Shown here: positions 40,069 through 53,015 of the stretch, piece by piece | How the letters are laid out: each line of letters opens with the position of its first letter | Numbering within the stretch: position 1 is the first letter of the stretch | Assembly (NCBI RefSeq): GCF_036321535.1 | Contig: NC_087437.1 | Span: 78,928,001-78,992,000, forward strand | Direction of reading: 5' to 3' | From: Camelus dromedarius | Taxonomy: Eukaryota | Length of the DNA stretch: 64,000 nt | Made by a program: the position numbers and the translations under genes | The notes under the pieces: generated by a model | The model's database searches: none | What the model saw: the letters and a program-made list of their open reading frames with translations, nothing else | Told to the model about the DNA's origin: nothing

Positions 40069-41760
40069 ATTAAAGTAGTGCTAATCTATATGTAACTCCA
40101 TCTCTTTAGCTAGTTGAGAGACTTTTGAATAAACAGATTTGGTCTAGTGTTTGTCCAGCTTTTTGAATGTTAATATTGGCTATAGTATTACCGAGTCACA
40201 GATATTTGTCTGCATAATTTGTGTGAGAACAACATAGGTGGTACTCAGTAGTAGGGCCAAGAGAGGATCAGGAATGACAACTAGCAGCCGCTCAGAATCC
40301 TCTGCTAGGAATTTCTTCATTTGTCTTCAGAGGTTTGGAAAAGATGGCTGTTGGTGCCTGGAAGAATTCAACGTGAACTCCTGTGTGACATGCACAACAG
40401 AAAAGTTCCATTTCCGGAGGTAGCAGAAACACAATTAATCTTATGTCCCCAATGGTTCCTTCCAAATTTATGAGAAAGTATGTACAGAAAATTTTAATTT
40501 TAATTTTAATATTTATAATGTAGATGAAAGCCTGAAATTTAAAAAAAGAAAAAGAAGAAACAACTCTCAAAAGAAATAGTGTATTTATTGCTTTAATCTA
40601 TAGCCTTTTTTGTTTTTCAAATAAGTGATGCAGGGCCTGAAAATTACTTACGATCTTTTGTAATTTAGTATTATTTTCTTCTTCTTGCTGAAACACTTCC
40701 TTTTATACTTATTTTCTATTCCCCATGCCTACAGCCTATCCTTTTAGAACCTGATTAAGGGAAGACAGATGGTAAAATAACTTTTAAAGCTCAATAGTTT
40801 CTTAATATAGCTTCAGTCAAAAACATTGACCCAAATACTGTCTTCCTTTTTAAATGAGATGTTAAAAGCTATTTCAGGGATTTTTTTTTTTTCATTTAAT
40901 TATGCTTATACTTAATTAAATCTACATAATTCAGCTGATTTCCATCATTATAAAGTATTGTTGTAGGCATGCAGAGAATAAATAGATTTGATTCTGTCAG
41001 GAAGAAAGTAAAAGCTGAGCTGCTGATTCTTTAAATTAAAATATAATTTCTACTTGGTAAAGAAACATTAGCTCCAAAAAATACTTATATCCTTGCTTTT
41101 TCTCAGAATCACACTCAAATAATTAGCAATTGGGTAATTTCCAGAGCCTACCCTAAGTTTAATGGTAGTTTCCCCTTAGCTCTCCCATTACTTCCTTGTC
41201 TCTTTTTCCCTTGGTCTACAGTCCTTTGCATGCCCCAGATTCTGACATTTCCACTTGATTTCCCAGAGATTCTTCTGTGACACATATTTTCCTCCACCTT
41301 GAACTCAGACTAATCTTATTTCCTAGCTGGTGTCTTGTGCTGTTGATCTGTTCATCCTTACTGTGCCTCAACTGGCAACAGTTCAGTATGATAACTCATA
41401 TGAAACTCATCTGTCCCTCTGTATGATTCTCTTATAGGAGTAATTTTGTAACTGGATATTTTGGTCTTCTGGGGATACATAAGCATATTTTCAGAGCTTA
41501 ATGAGTTCTCTACAAGAATTTATAAAAGTTTTCATTTGTATTCCAATGATTATCAATTAAAAGTATATTTATATACCTATAATTATGGGGATAAATATTG
41601 AATTATTATCTCTATGAATTATTCAGTGAATGATTATCATTGTTTTACAGCATGTATAAATCCAGAGACCCTCCATAAATTTGTAGTTAATTCAATATTT
41701 CAAATAGAGAAAAAATAGTGGAAAAATTAAACCATCATATCATGTCTAGGAAAAGAGATA

Positions 41761-42215
41761 TGTACGGGAGAAAAAAACATTTCTTAATTCCCTTAGGATG
41801 GATCTCTGGCTGTGCCTAAAAATTAGACTGATAAACATAACAACAGGAAAAACACAAATAAATTTACTTAATTAATAGAAATTTTATGTGACTTGGGAAC
41901 CTTCATAAGGAAATAAAGACTAGAAATGAATGATGATTTTTATGCTAGGTTTGATGAAAAATGGAAAGCTGGAAAAACATGACAGGACAAAGGGGTATGA
42001 GTTAAGGGTAGTAAATGGGAAAACTTAGCAAAGTGTGTTCATTTGTAGTCCAATGTCTGTCCATTTTTGAGCATAAGAATGTTACTTTCCTCTGGATATG
42101 GAGAAGTCATCTCTCACATGAAGGTCCTACACCTGCTGCTTGTCAGATTTATTCAGTTTAAAGTGTTTAATATGCCAAAACACCATATTTTGGAAGCAAT
42201 GTATTCTGAACCTCA
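41761..42215 (-). mobile_element. ERV1 solo LTR, MER34/MER39-related
   Basis: TG...CA bounded. Ends TTCAGTTTAAAGTGTTTAATATGCCAAAACACCATATTTTGGAAGCAATGTATTCTGAACCTCA, typical of this LTR group. Confidence 0.7.
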
Positions 42216-45200
42216 ATGGGTATATCAAATTTAAAGGAATCTATTCTATCACCATCAATACTATATTTACATTGCTAGCAAAAGTAATGTCAGTTCTATT
42301 TCTTTAATACTAACTTGTGAAAAGTCATTGGCAATAGGTATTTTGGTCAGCATAAAATGAATAAATGTTATGCCCCAGATTCTATTCATACAGATTAGAT
42401 ATCCATTTAATGTAGAATTGGTAAAGCCAGAAAACTAAATCTTCATGTGAGTGAGACAGTTTTTATAGATACCTTGTTAAAATTAGCCTTTGAGAGCTGC
42501 TCAGAGGAAGAGTTTTGGCTAAGTATAAGTTGAAATTATCTTGAGTTGGCAATTGTATTTTCAAGTTATTGAGAATGTTTTGCACAGTAGACTTATGATA
42601 GTAGGCTTTTTCTGGCTTTTTTTTAACTAAAATCAAAATGAAGAATCAGATTAAATCTAGACCTGAAATTGATGCTACTATTTTTATTTTTAAACTTCAA
42701 ATTAGAAGTTGGTGAATTGGTTTCAGGAAAAAAAAAATTTTCTCACATTAAAAAATGTGTGTTACTGAATTTTATTTTTTAGATTCATTTGTATTTAGTT
42801 TATAATTTGTTTTATTGTTGAAATTTTATACATGTTTATTGTTATATTTATTTTTAAATAGCATCAACATAAATACAAATACATAGATACAGAGTCAAGT
42901 AAAATTATTGCACCATATTTCACTTGGATGTCACTTAAGTTTGAAGAAAAATGCCTCAAAGCTTGCAGTTAAAGGGATTGCTAGTCTCTGAGTAAGTTAT
43001 ATGTCTCAATTAGTAGAAGTGAGTTTTTTTTTTACCCTCTCACTAATATTAGCATTTAAATAATGAGCAGTACATTTACAGGGCAATTTTTAATACTATG
43101 GCTAGTCGGCTAAGAAATGCTTTCTGCAAATCTAACAAACACACACAAAATATTTTTAACCATTACTTTTGATCATATCTTGACTGTCTAAGTTTTTTTA
43201 CAAATTATGTCATCCTCCAAACTGGTTAGTCTTCCATCCCCTCAAAAATGTTACAGTTTGATTCCTAAAGGCAAACAATTTATAAAGACAAGTCTTTCAG
43301 AATATCTCAATTATTTTTATTCTTGTTGATTGTTTTGCTTTCTCTGCTGTCTCTCACATTGGTGTTTAATTTTCCTCACAACATAAGGTACTGGGAAGAA
43401 TGGGAACTCTTTCAGGTTTAATGTTACTAATAGAAAATTTTAATTTTTTTTATAGGATCTTAGATTTTAATCATATATATATTTAAAAACAGTGATTTTA
43501 ATATAGAATATTATAAATACAGTATAGATTCCATAATCACTGGCATTCACAGTTGAGGTGTCTCATCTTTCTGTGGATATCTGCTTTTACTTACATGGGA
43601 ATGTGTGTGTGTAACCATAAATGACATTTTAAATATGTCTTAGCATATTTAAATATTTATTATCATCATGGATTCTTGGCATATCAAGAAATAATAAATG
43701 ATGTATGCAATACTTATTCAATTACACAAAAACATCTGTCAGGATTAAATTGAAATAGCAATTTTGTCATAAGACAGCTAAATAACAAGTGTACAATTGA
43801 AAAACTAAAGGCAAAATAAAATAAGTAAGACGTTAGGTTTATAAAAAATTAAAAAACTAATGTTAGCATGAAAAAGAACTGTTTTTTAATGCTAGTGTAT
43901 ATGACTTGGAGGTAGGTTTATATGAACTATAATATATTTTCATTATATCCAACTGTGGTAAGAAAAATCATGCAGATACATATTAACCAAAGGAAAGTTC
44001 CCCATGGGGCAACTGAAGATATGAATTTTTCCCTGAGAGAATACAAAACAGAAAGAAGGTGGTTGAATTTAGAAGGATGAAACAGGAAAACAAGTGTGTG
44101 CTTAGCAAATAATAATGATTTTTTAAATCCTTTCCAATATTTGATATTCAATAAAAAAAATCATCTAGAACTAATATAACTAGCAAATTTATTAAAATAA
44201 ATTTCATGTTGTTTGGTTGTTATTGGCAGTGGTGGTGGTGTTACAGGCCAACCAATTTCAAATTTTTGAAGCAATTTAGAATTTATACTAAATACACATT
44301 TATTTATGTATGTATTTATGTATTTAAAATCATGAAGATATTCTCTAAGCCATTAGGATGAGAAAGCTTTAAAGTACATGTAAAATTCTAACTATTTCTT
44401 GATTTGAGAGCATGAAGAACTTTAAAATCCAAATGCTTACTGGCAAATTTGTGTGTAAAGTATTGAAAGAGCAGTCTCTTGAGAATGGCGGTATTTATAT
44501 TTATGTGTCCAAGTGCAACTGTAGGAACACTATAATTGTACAATGCACATGACATTGTTCAATAATTTCACTTTTGCTGAAAAGTAAGGAGCCTTTCTCT
44601 TGCCAGCAGAAGCACTCAGACTACAGACACATTACAATGAAAAATGGAAAACAATAAATGTAAATAAGCATTTCGGTAACCTTTTTCTTGTTGCTTTCTC
44701 ACCAGTTTTGCAGTGACACACTCAAGACAAATGATGTTCTCACTGCAGCAATAGAGAGTGCAATAGTTTTTTTTTCAAAAGTCAGTCCTCTAGACAGTAG
44801 ATTTTTAAGTCATGAGTCAAAGAAAAGTTGAGAAGAAAACATGCACACTGCTTCTTTGATATAATAAAGATGTCCAAACTATTTGACTATTTAGGAGACA
44901 TTTCAGTACAACTTGTTTTTAAAAAGTTATAATAGTTCAGAAATATAATTCCTTTTCTTAATGCCAGGAAAAATTGCCAACAACTTGAAAATGGACAAAA
45001 TAGAATTCTGTTGTCTTTTGAGTGACATGCTTGCACTGACTCACAGGAGATTACTGGATTCCATAGGAGTGTGTAACTGTCTTCAACTATCAATTGAACA
45101 ACTCTGGAGATAGAAGTTAACTTGTAGAAAATAGTGATGTTTACAGCAATGCAAATGATTCTTTATCATGTTGATGGAAATGAATTTTGTCCTGTAGAGA

Positions 45201-46024
45201 ATACAAATCTCTGTAATTAAACTCTCATTTGAACTGGTTTTAATGTCTGTTGGTTCACTCATTAATTAATGAGTTGACTAAAATCTTTTACAAGTTTTAA
45301 TTTTGTATTTGTGTGTGAATCGTAAATTTATTCTTTTTGACAATTACACTTTTCTCCTATTATTAAGTGAATTAATGACTGGAAGAACCAGAAGGTAAGA
45401 AGTTAAAGAGGGAAAATTGGTCTTAACATGTGTTCAGGTGCTTAGGTTGTCATTATCATATTGTTTTTGGCTCATTGCCGCTCCCTTCTCTCTGTATTAA
45501 AGCACTGAGTAAGGTTTTGCTTTTATTTAACTGGTATAAGCCAGGCTTGTAAATTTTAGGATGCAGGCGTGTTCTCCTCTAGAGTGATTAAATTCGCTTT
45601 GTCAAGGTTTAGAATTATTTATTTAGACGCATATGGAGATGGAGGAATTGGGTAGGGTGAAGATGCCAGAAACCTGGAAGAAAATGGGAGAAGGGATGAC
45701 TTCCTTGGGATAGAATCATTGCAGTGCTCTCTTTAGTGCCTTTATCCTCTCTCATCATTCCGTTTTGTTTGTGGCTGCCAGAATAATTAAAGGAGTGGGG
45801 AAGTAGATTCTATTGCTATCTTGCTTTTAAGCTTTGCACTCAGATTGATTAATGCTTTCTTTACACTTGCATTGGGCTGTTCTACATGTCCTTTGTAAGT
45901 AATGCTAATTAGGTTGAACAAGCAGTAAGTGCTTGCAGAGCTGGTGTTTGAGCCAGAGTAACTCCTGGGAGATCACGATGCTTCTGGATGAAACTGAATA
46001 GTAAAACCTATGATGCAAAAGAAA

Positions 46025-46430
46025 TTTTCATTTATTTATCACTTTAGCAAACATCAGTTGAGAACCTACTATGTGCACAATAGCTGTCTGTGCAGCAGAG
46101 TATCAAAGGTAGAAGTTGGGAGCGTTACAAATGACTGTGGCTTGGACCAGGGTATTTGCAGAGGAAGAAATGAAGTGTGGCTAATGATTGAATGTAGTAT
46201 GTGAGAGATAGGAATCAATGTTGATTTTTATTTTTGGCCTGAAGAACTAGGGAAATAAAGCTGTTTTCTTTTCCTGGATAAGGCATAAGGTTGCCAGAGC
46301 AGTTTCCTTAAGGGGTGGGTAGTTAGGAGTTTGGTTGTGAGAATATTGAATGTGAGTTGCCTATTAACGTTCAAGTGAAAGTGTTGAGTGTGTACTTGGA
46401 TATAAAAGTCAAGTTCAGGGATAAGTCAGT
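46025..46430 (-). mobile_element. L2a LINE 3' region
   Basis: TTTAGCAAACATCAGTTGAGAACCTACTATGTGC (L2 3' end), then GTGGCTTGGACCAGGGT and GAGTTGCCTATTA. Confidence 0.7.
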
Positions 46431-46443
46431 AATAGTTAATGGA

Positions 46444-46790
46444 TTTTAATTTATTGAGTTATAATTAACATATAGTAAGATGGGCAATTTTTAAGTTAGT
46501 TGAGTTTTTACAGTTGTACTATGATCTGCGTAATCAACATCGATAACGAATTTTAGGAATTTTCCACTACTCCAAAAAGTTCCTTAATGCTTATACTTCT
46601 AAATTATTGCCCAAGTCCCTTCAACCTCACCCCTGAGACAGTTACTTTCTATCACCATGGACTTGTTTTGCCTATTCTACAACTTCATAAAAGTACAATT
46701 ATACAGAGTGTATTTTTAATCTTTGATTTATCTTCTCAGCATAATGGCTGTAAGATATTTTTATACCATAGCATTTATAAATCGTATTTG
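46444..46790 (-). mobile_element. Old L1 (L1ME/L1MC4-type) 3' end
   Basis: TTTATTGAGTTATAATTAACATATAGTAAGATG...TTGTTTTGCCTATTCTACAACTTCATA. Confidence 0.7.
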
Positions 46791-46833
46791 TAGCACATTG
46801 AAACCTATTTGAAGATTACAGCTCTGCAAGAAA

Positions 46834-47260
46834 TGTCTTAGATTTTGCTGCAAGAATTCTATATAAACAACAGATCCAAAATTTTATTTAGCTTAAAACA
46901 AACATTTATTTTTCACTCTTGGGTCAGTAGGTTGTCTGGGATTCTTCTTGGCTCAGCTGAACCTGACTAGGCCTGGGGTTAGGTCTGCTGCATAGGTTTG
47001 TCTTTTGGAGACCAAGGCAAAAAGCAGTAACTACTTGAAGCAGTCACAGCCCCTTCTAATGGTAGATTGCAGGAGAGCAAGAAAGCCCATAGATACTTGA
47101 AACTCATGTATGTTTTTGTCTTCCCACATGTCCTTGGCTGAAACAAGTTACTTAGCCAAGCACAAAATTAAGGAAATGTAAGAAATTGGGAAACATAGTC
47201 CTTTCAGGGTGTTGAAGAGAAAGGGGAGTAGATAGTTGTGGAAAAATATACAATCTCACA
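46834..47260 (-). mobile_element. MaLR LTR, MLT1I/J-like
   Basis: TGTCTTAG..TTGCTGC...GCTTAAAACAAACATTTATT...AGGTCTGCT...TTGGCTGAAACAAGTTACTTAGCCAAG...CAATCTCACA. Confidence 0.65.
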
Positions 47261-48109
47261 GGTGGTCAGAGTAAGATGTATTTATCATTATTCCTAATAA
47301 GGAGAAAAATAACATTCAGCTCAGAGGATATGAGGATCAATTTAACTTATGGTACAGATAAGACCCAAACACTGCTCTTGTGACATTTAATCTAACATTA
47401 AACCACATGACTGCTTTTGTTTTATTAATAATATTAGGCTTGCGCAGTGGAGAGAAGTAAAGACTTTGGGGACCAAGATAAAGGAGAGAGAAGACTACGA
47501 TGATGTCAGTAAGAAATGATAAAATGTCCCTCCCCACACCATCATTCTTCAGATGCTCCTCAATTTACTAGAAGAGATTTATATACCCAAAAACGTAAGT
47601 AACAAGAACAGTCTCACTGTCTTTAGGGATACTTGTTGAAGTCATCACTAAAGAAAGAAAGTTGAGATTTACTAGAGAACAGGGTGCTAGTTTTTTAATC
47701 CTATGAGAAACACCATTTAAATATGGAAGCAAAGGCCCTACCTTCTTTTCTTATGGTACATTTTTTCAGTTATCAAACTATCTGAAGAGAACACAGTTAT
47801 GCACAAATGCTTAAAGTATAAAGTTGTTTCAATTTAAGAAGCACATCCTCATGGCTTTTGAAGTTACCTCATTAGTACAAACAGTTAAAAAGGCAGTGCT
47901 GTTAATGAATGACCATTGGAGGTAAATGATAACCTTCTCAGTTTAGGTAGTGACAGAACATTAATGTCAAATTTAGAGGAAGGAAGGGAATGTAGAGAGT
48001 GGAAGAAGTGTAATGACCAAGTTTGTGGTAAGAGTTAAAACAGAGGTAAAGATACCCTAACAAATAGCATTTTGAGGTCAGTGAGTCCTCTAGAGAGAAC
48101 TTTTGTTAT

Positions 48110-48550
48110 ACAGGGGGAAGTTGGGGAGTTGAAAAATAGGTTAGGGCCAGATTTTGGAAGGCCTTTAAAAAACCAGTTTGTTGATTTTTGGACTATATTT
48201 CAAAGGTAATAGTTTGATGTGTACATTTATAATATTTTTATGATGCTAAAAGCAGTATTTGAAGATAATCTGACAGTAATGTTTGGAATTATTAAATGGG
48301 TAAAATTTGATATCAAGATATTAGTTAGGAAAACACTGATTAATCAATGTGTAATTCATAACATCAGAAGCAGTAGGAAAGCACTGGATATTTTTGAAAT
48401 ATAAATTCACAATTCACCAACTATAGCAAATGATTAAAGATATATAGTTAGAAAGAAGTTACAGTTAAAAAGAAATGATTGAACTTTTTGACCCTTAATT
48501 ACTAAAAGATTGTTGGTTCCATGATTTTGTTAGTGAGGAATGGTACTAGA
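48110..48550 (-). mobile_element. L2 LINE fragment
   Basis: TAGGGCCAGATTTTGGAAGGCCTT...TTTGGACTATATTTCAAAGGTAATAG antisense L2 pattern. Confidence 0.55.
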
Positions 48551-48734
48551 GACACATAATATTTTAGTGTGTTTAATATTGTTTAAAGAGAATTTCTGTT
48601 AAGCTTATTTAAAATTATCTTATGTGTGCAGATGCAAGTACATATGCTGGAAAGGAGAGTATGAGCTTTGTGAAAAATGATAAAGTAAATGGAATGCTTA
48701 TAGAGGCTATGAAGACATAGCAAGAAATGAAATA

Positions 48735-48744
<10 letters not shown>

Positions 48745-48788
<44 letters not shown>
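48745..48788. repeat. (TA)22 microsatellite
   Basis: Perfect TA run. Confidence 0.95.
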
Positions 48789-48793
<5 letters not shown>

Positions 48794-49159
48794 CCTATGA
48801 AACCTCTAGAAAACACTATAGAGCAAAATTTAGTGTACAGAAGACCATCTTGGAAGCCATTCATGTCACTTTAGTATCTAAATTATGCCTAACACAGGGT
48901 CTTGGTCATCATAAGCACATTGTTGCCTTTATGAAGTGCTTTTCTTGAAGCAGCTCCAGTGGTATAAATCCCAAGGACTTCTGTAAAGTAAAGCATAGGA
49001 TGCAGTTCATTCTCAACTTATTTTCACCTTGATTTACATATATGATCATTTATGTGATGGATATCTTATTTAGGCATCCACAGGAATATTTCACTTTTTT
49101 CTGTTGTTTCAGATTTCTTTCTGTTTGAAGGAGGAATCATTGTTTGGTTTTTTTTTTTT

Positions 49160-49520
49160 AATAATTCAATTGATGGTTTATTGAATGCAGTCTATCTGAG
49201 AATCACTAGGTTAGTTGCTGGAGATGCAGAAGTAGAAAAAAAATGTAGTTCAGAGATTAGCATGGAAGTAAAATGAATGAACCATTATTACAGAGTTTGT
49301 GAAAAGTGTTATGATGGAGTTATGCCCAGAGGGCTATGGGGTTCCAGTGAAAGGGTTCAAACTGAGATTAGAAGATCAATGTTTGAAGGACAAACAGGAG
49401 TTAGATATAGCTAAAGTTGAAGGGAATGAAGAGAGAACATTTTTGACACAGGAAACAGTCTGCATGCAGGAATAAGGGATGTGTTGAGAATTTCAACTTC
49501 AACATGCCTGAACTGAAAAG
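49160..49520 (-). mobile_element. L2 LINE 3' end
   Basis: TTTATTGAATGC...CTAGGTTAGTTGCTGGAGATGCAGAAG...AAGTGTTATGATGGAG..GGGCTATGGG. Confidence 0.6.
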
Positions 49521-50114
49521 TGAATATGATGCAACGGCAGAATATAAAGGGTCCCACAGTACTCTGAACTTTTCTTTTTTCACTTTGCTTCTGTTCCTTC
49601 CCCATAAATTCCCTGTGTCTCGGAAGCTCCAGTGTCTCCAAGGATCTTCTTATTCACCCAGAAAAAAAGAGTTAGTGGAAATCACAAAGTAGCAAAGCTG
49701 GAAGGAATCTTAAAGGTTATATATTAAACCCTTCATTTTTCAGACAAATGTCTTTAAGTACATAAAATTGAATTTTCAATTTATAAATAGGAGTTCAAAT
49801 ATGACTGGAAGCTAAAACTTCCTGCTTTAATTTCAGGCTTTTTCTTCACTAAAGAAAAAAGTTGATAGTCTCTTATTTTTCAGTCAGATTTACAGCCTAC
49901 TGAACATCTTGTTTAATTGAAGCTTAAATGCCAGGAAACCTATTTTAAGAGTTAAATGTTAAACCCTCAGCTTTGTTCCACCCAATTTCAATAATTTGTT
50001 ACAGAGTTTTTATTGATTCTAAACACATTCATTAGGCAGAGTTGATAGATACTACTGAGGCCTAATTATTCTTGATTAACATACCACACATCCCTAAATC
50101 ATTCCTTTATGATT

Positions 50115-50248
50115 GGGATAACCTTATATCCTGGTTTTCCCAGGAGAGTCTCAGTCTACTGCTGTTGTCCTTAATGCAATCACTGATAGCTCTTCATTTG
50201 TTCTCTAACAGCATCCAACTTTGAACAAAAACATTATATGGTCACCTG
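50115..50248 (-). mobile_element. MER94-like hAT-Blackjack MITE
   Basis: Decayed TIRs GGGATAACCTTA...TATGGTCACC over ~134 bp, with internal CCTGGTTTTCCCAGGA..CTGTTGTCC. Confidence 0.75.
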
Positions 50249-52332
50249 TCAGTCAGATTAGTCCCTTTTACAATCAACCATTATGTTGATTGTAACAACA
50301 AAATTTCACCGAACACCTTTTTAAGATAAAATTATAATTCAACCATTTCATATTCAAGATACATGAACAAGAGGAGATATGGCACATATGACACAGGCAG
50401 TCTTATCTCGTTATCAAGGAACAAGGAAATCTCTAAATTTGTAGAGATCGGGAATGTATACTCTTAGCACATTCGTTCTAGAAGATGCTCAGGGGAGTTA
50501 TGATTGTGAGTTGTGTCTGGACACTTCTGATGGAACATTCTGAAAGTGGATGTGGTCTTTGAGCTTTCCAAGGGACTTTTAAAGAACTGACTGATTTTGT
50601 ATGCCTTTAACTGTGAGAAATTTATATCTTCTTTTATATCTTAGCTAAAATATCTCTTCTTGCCATTTCCCACACAGTGTGAGAAGGAACTTAGCAGAGA
50701 GTGAAGATCCCTAGATAGCAATCTACTGCTAGTCAAACAGCCCCCAAATAACAGTGATTTTTGCTCTGCCCATGGAGCTGCTCTGTGCTTAATGCCTCCC
50801 TGACCGAGGAACCGAATTCAACCTCCTCAGAGCCATGAGAAAACTTTTGTGAGTGTGTATCATTTCTGAGTGCCCTTGTCTAGGTACAAATGCTGTTGAG
50901 ATGTCTTAAAGCACCATTTCTTCTTTCTAGAAATGTGATTACCCCTGCTGTAGAAAAGGAAACAAAACTCTCTGACAAATGTCAGCCAGTTATACATTAC
51001 TATGCATGTTTAATAAAGTGGGGATAAAAAAAATGTAAGAAATAAATGGAAACTTGCATTGTTAATCTCACAGAAAGGCTCTAGGCACCCTTTCAGGAAC
51101 TTTCAGCTTAGGTTAAAACTGTCTGGAGTGAGGCACCATTCAACTCGGTGATACACCATACATATTTGTTCAGCAATAAATAATTTCACAGTAAATGATT
51201 CTGGGAATGAAGTTGTGGTAGAGATATTCATATATTTAGATTCTTTATATTAAGTAATTTTTTTAAATGACAAGTTACATACATTTGAGGATTAGTACAG
51301 TGACTTCATTGATAATACATATTTGCCTAAATTTGTCCTTGTGGGTTTTCTATAGATAAAAGAGAAAATTCAGTTATACTTAGCAACAACTCTTTCATTC
51401 CTAAAACCTACCCTCTTAACTTCTTAAAAATTCTTTTCCATTGAAATATATCGAGCATGACTATATACATTTTAACAGACTTTTCCCCAAAATGTCTGTG
51501 AAGATAAATCACAGTCCAACATGTGAAGAATAATTTTGTTGAAAGTCATTAATTCTGATCAACATAAATCTTTTGTCCAAAGATTATTCTGTCTATTCTA
51601 TATTTAAGTACATTCAGCAATTAGAAATTAATGTTATATGATCATTATTGTAGAACTTAAGCTTTTTTTAAAGGAGGTAAAAGCGTGACGTGTTCCCACC
51701 AGTCAGACTTCACAGGCTAGCAAGATCATTTGTCAGTGATATACTACTATTCACAGTATCATTCTTACACCAGCTCCCGCTGCCATTCCCAAACACTCAT
51801 TGGCTCTACTAATTTGGCCTAGTCACCTGACTATCCAGGCTTGACTGTGACCCTTACATAGTCACTAGTAAGTACATAGGTATTGGAGCAAATCAGAGGA
51901 GAACAATGTCCAAGTGGGTTGATACCAGGAGAGCTGAGTTAACCTCATTATGCCAAACTATCAGCAAATTAGAGGAGACCAGTGTTCAAGTGGGCTGCCA
52001 CCAAGAGAGCTGAGTTAACCCCATGATGTCAAACTGTCTGGAAAGACTAGTAAATATCAGCCAGGGTGCTTCAGTGCACTGGGCCTTGCAAAGATGAATC
52101 AGCAGTATATAGCTTCTTGACCTCTGGTCATCTCATGGAAAAGCAAGCATCTTCCAGAGCAGACCTGGAGCATCATGACTTTATGTAAACTGAGGAGACA
52201 CTCTGTCCTTGACAATCTCTCCTACACTGTCATAAAAAGGATGTTTTCCTTCTTATAGCCTATTTAAAGACAATGAAAGTGTTTTGATCACAGAAGGCTT
52301 TTATGGGAAAACTCAGAATCATCAAATTGTCT

Positions 52333-52412
52333 CCTCTCTCTCTTATTTCTTTCTCTCCGTCTCTCTCTGCCTGTATCTGTCTGTCTCTGTCTGTCTCTTT
52401 CTCTCTCTCTCT

Positions 52413-52451
<39 letters not shown>
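52333..52451. repeat. Compound imperfect (CT)n plus (AC)18 microsatellite
   Basis: CT/GT-rich tract followed by a perfect AC run at 52415-52451. Confidence 0.9.
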
Positions 52452-52452
<1 letters not shown>

Positions 52453-53015
52453 TGCATTTCACTTCATTATAGACCATAATATTCATGACAATGCAAAAAG
52501 AACTAGCAACTTTGAGAACATTCTTTATCTTTTCATTTTAGAAACACTCCAACAATTAAAAATAAACATAATAGTTAAAATAATAAAACCAGTGCATGAA
52601 TTTCAATCAAAATATTGTTGGAAGTCACTGTACAGTCTACATAACTTTATTTTTGTAAATACAGCTTTTGGACAACACGTATCAATCAGAATTCCACCTT
52701 TATGGTCATAGGACAAAAAGGCACCCTTGTACATGTAACAGTGTTGAAGAAATGCCAAGGGAAAAAAACAAGCAAACTCCATAAGAAACTACTATAAAGA
52801 GAAGAGAAAATGCAATCAAGATATTTCAGCTAATGAAAATTATTTCCCTCCCAAAGCTACCCATAAAGCAAAAGAAAATGAAAATATAACTTTAAACTTA
52901 ATTCAATATACTCAAACAAGCATTTGGACCTATAAAAATATTCTACAACAAAAAATCAAAACTCTGAAGAGAAATAGCAGGAATACAGTAGAGCTGACTG
53001 ATCAAACTAAGAAAT

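Noticed and set aside
51671..51680. Shine-Dalgarno-like AAGGAGGT
   Set aside because: Irrelevant in mammalian nuclear DNA, and there is no downstream ORF.
51887..52038. CRISPR-like repeat-spacer array
   Set aside because: Only two units, the 'spacers' are homologous to each other, the context is mammalian and there are no cas genes.
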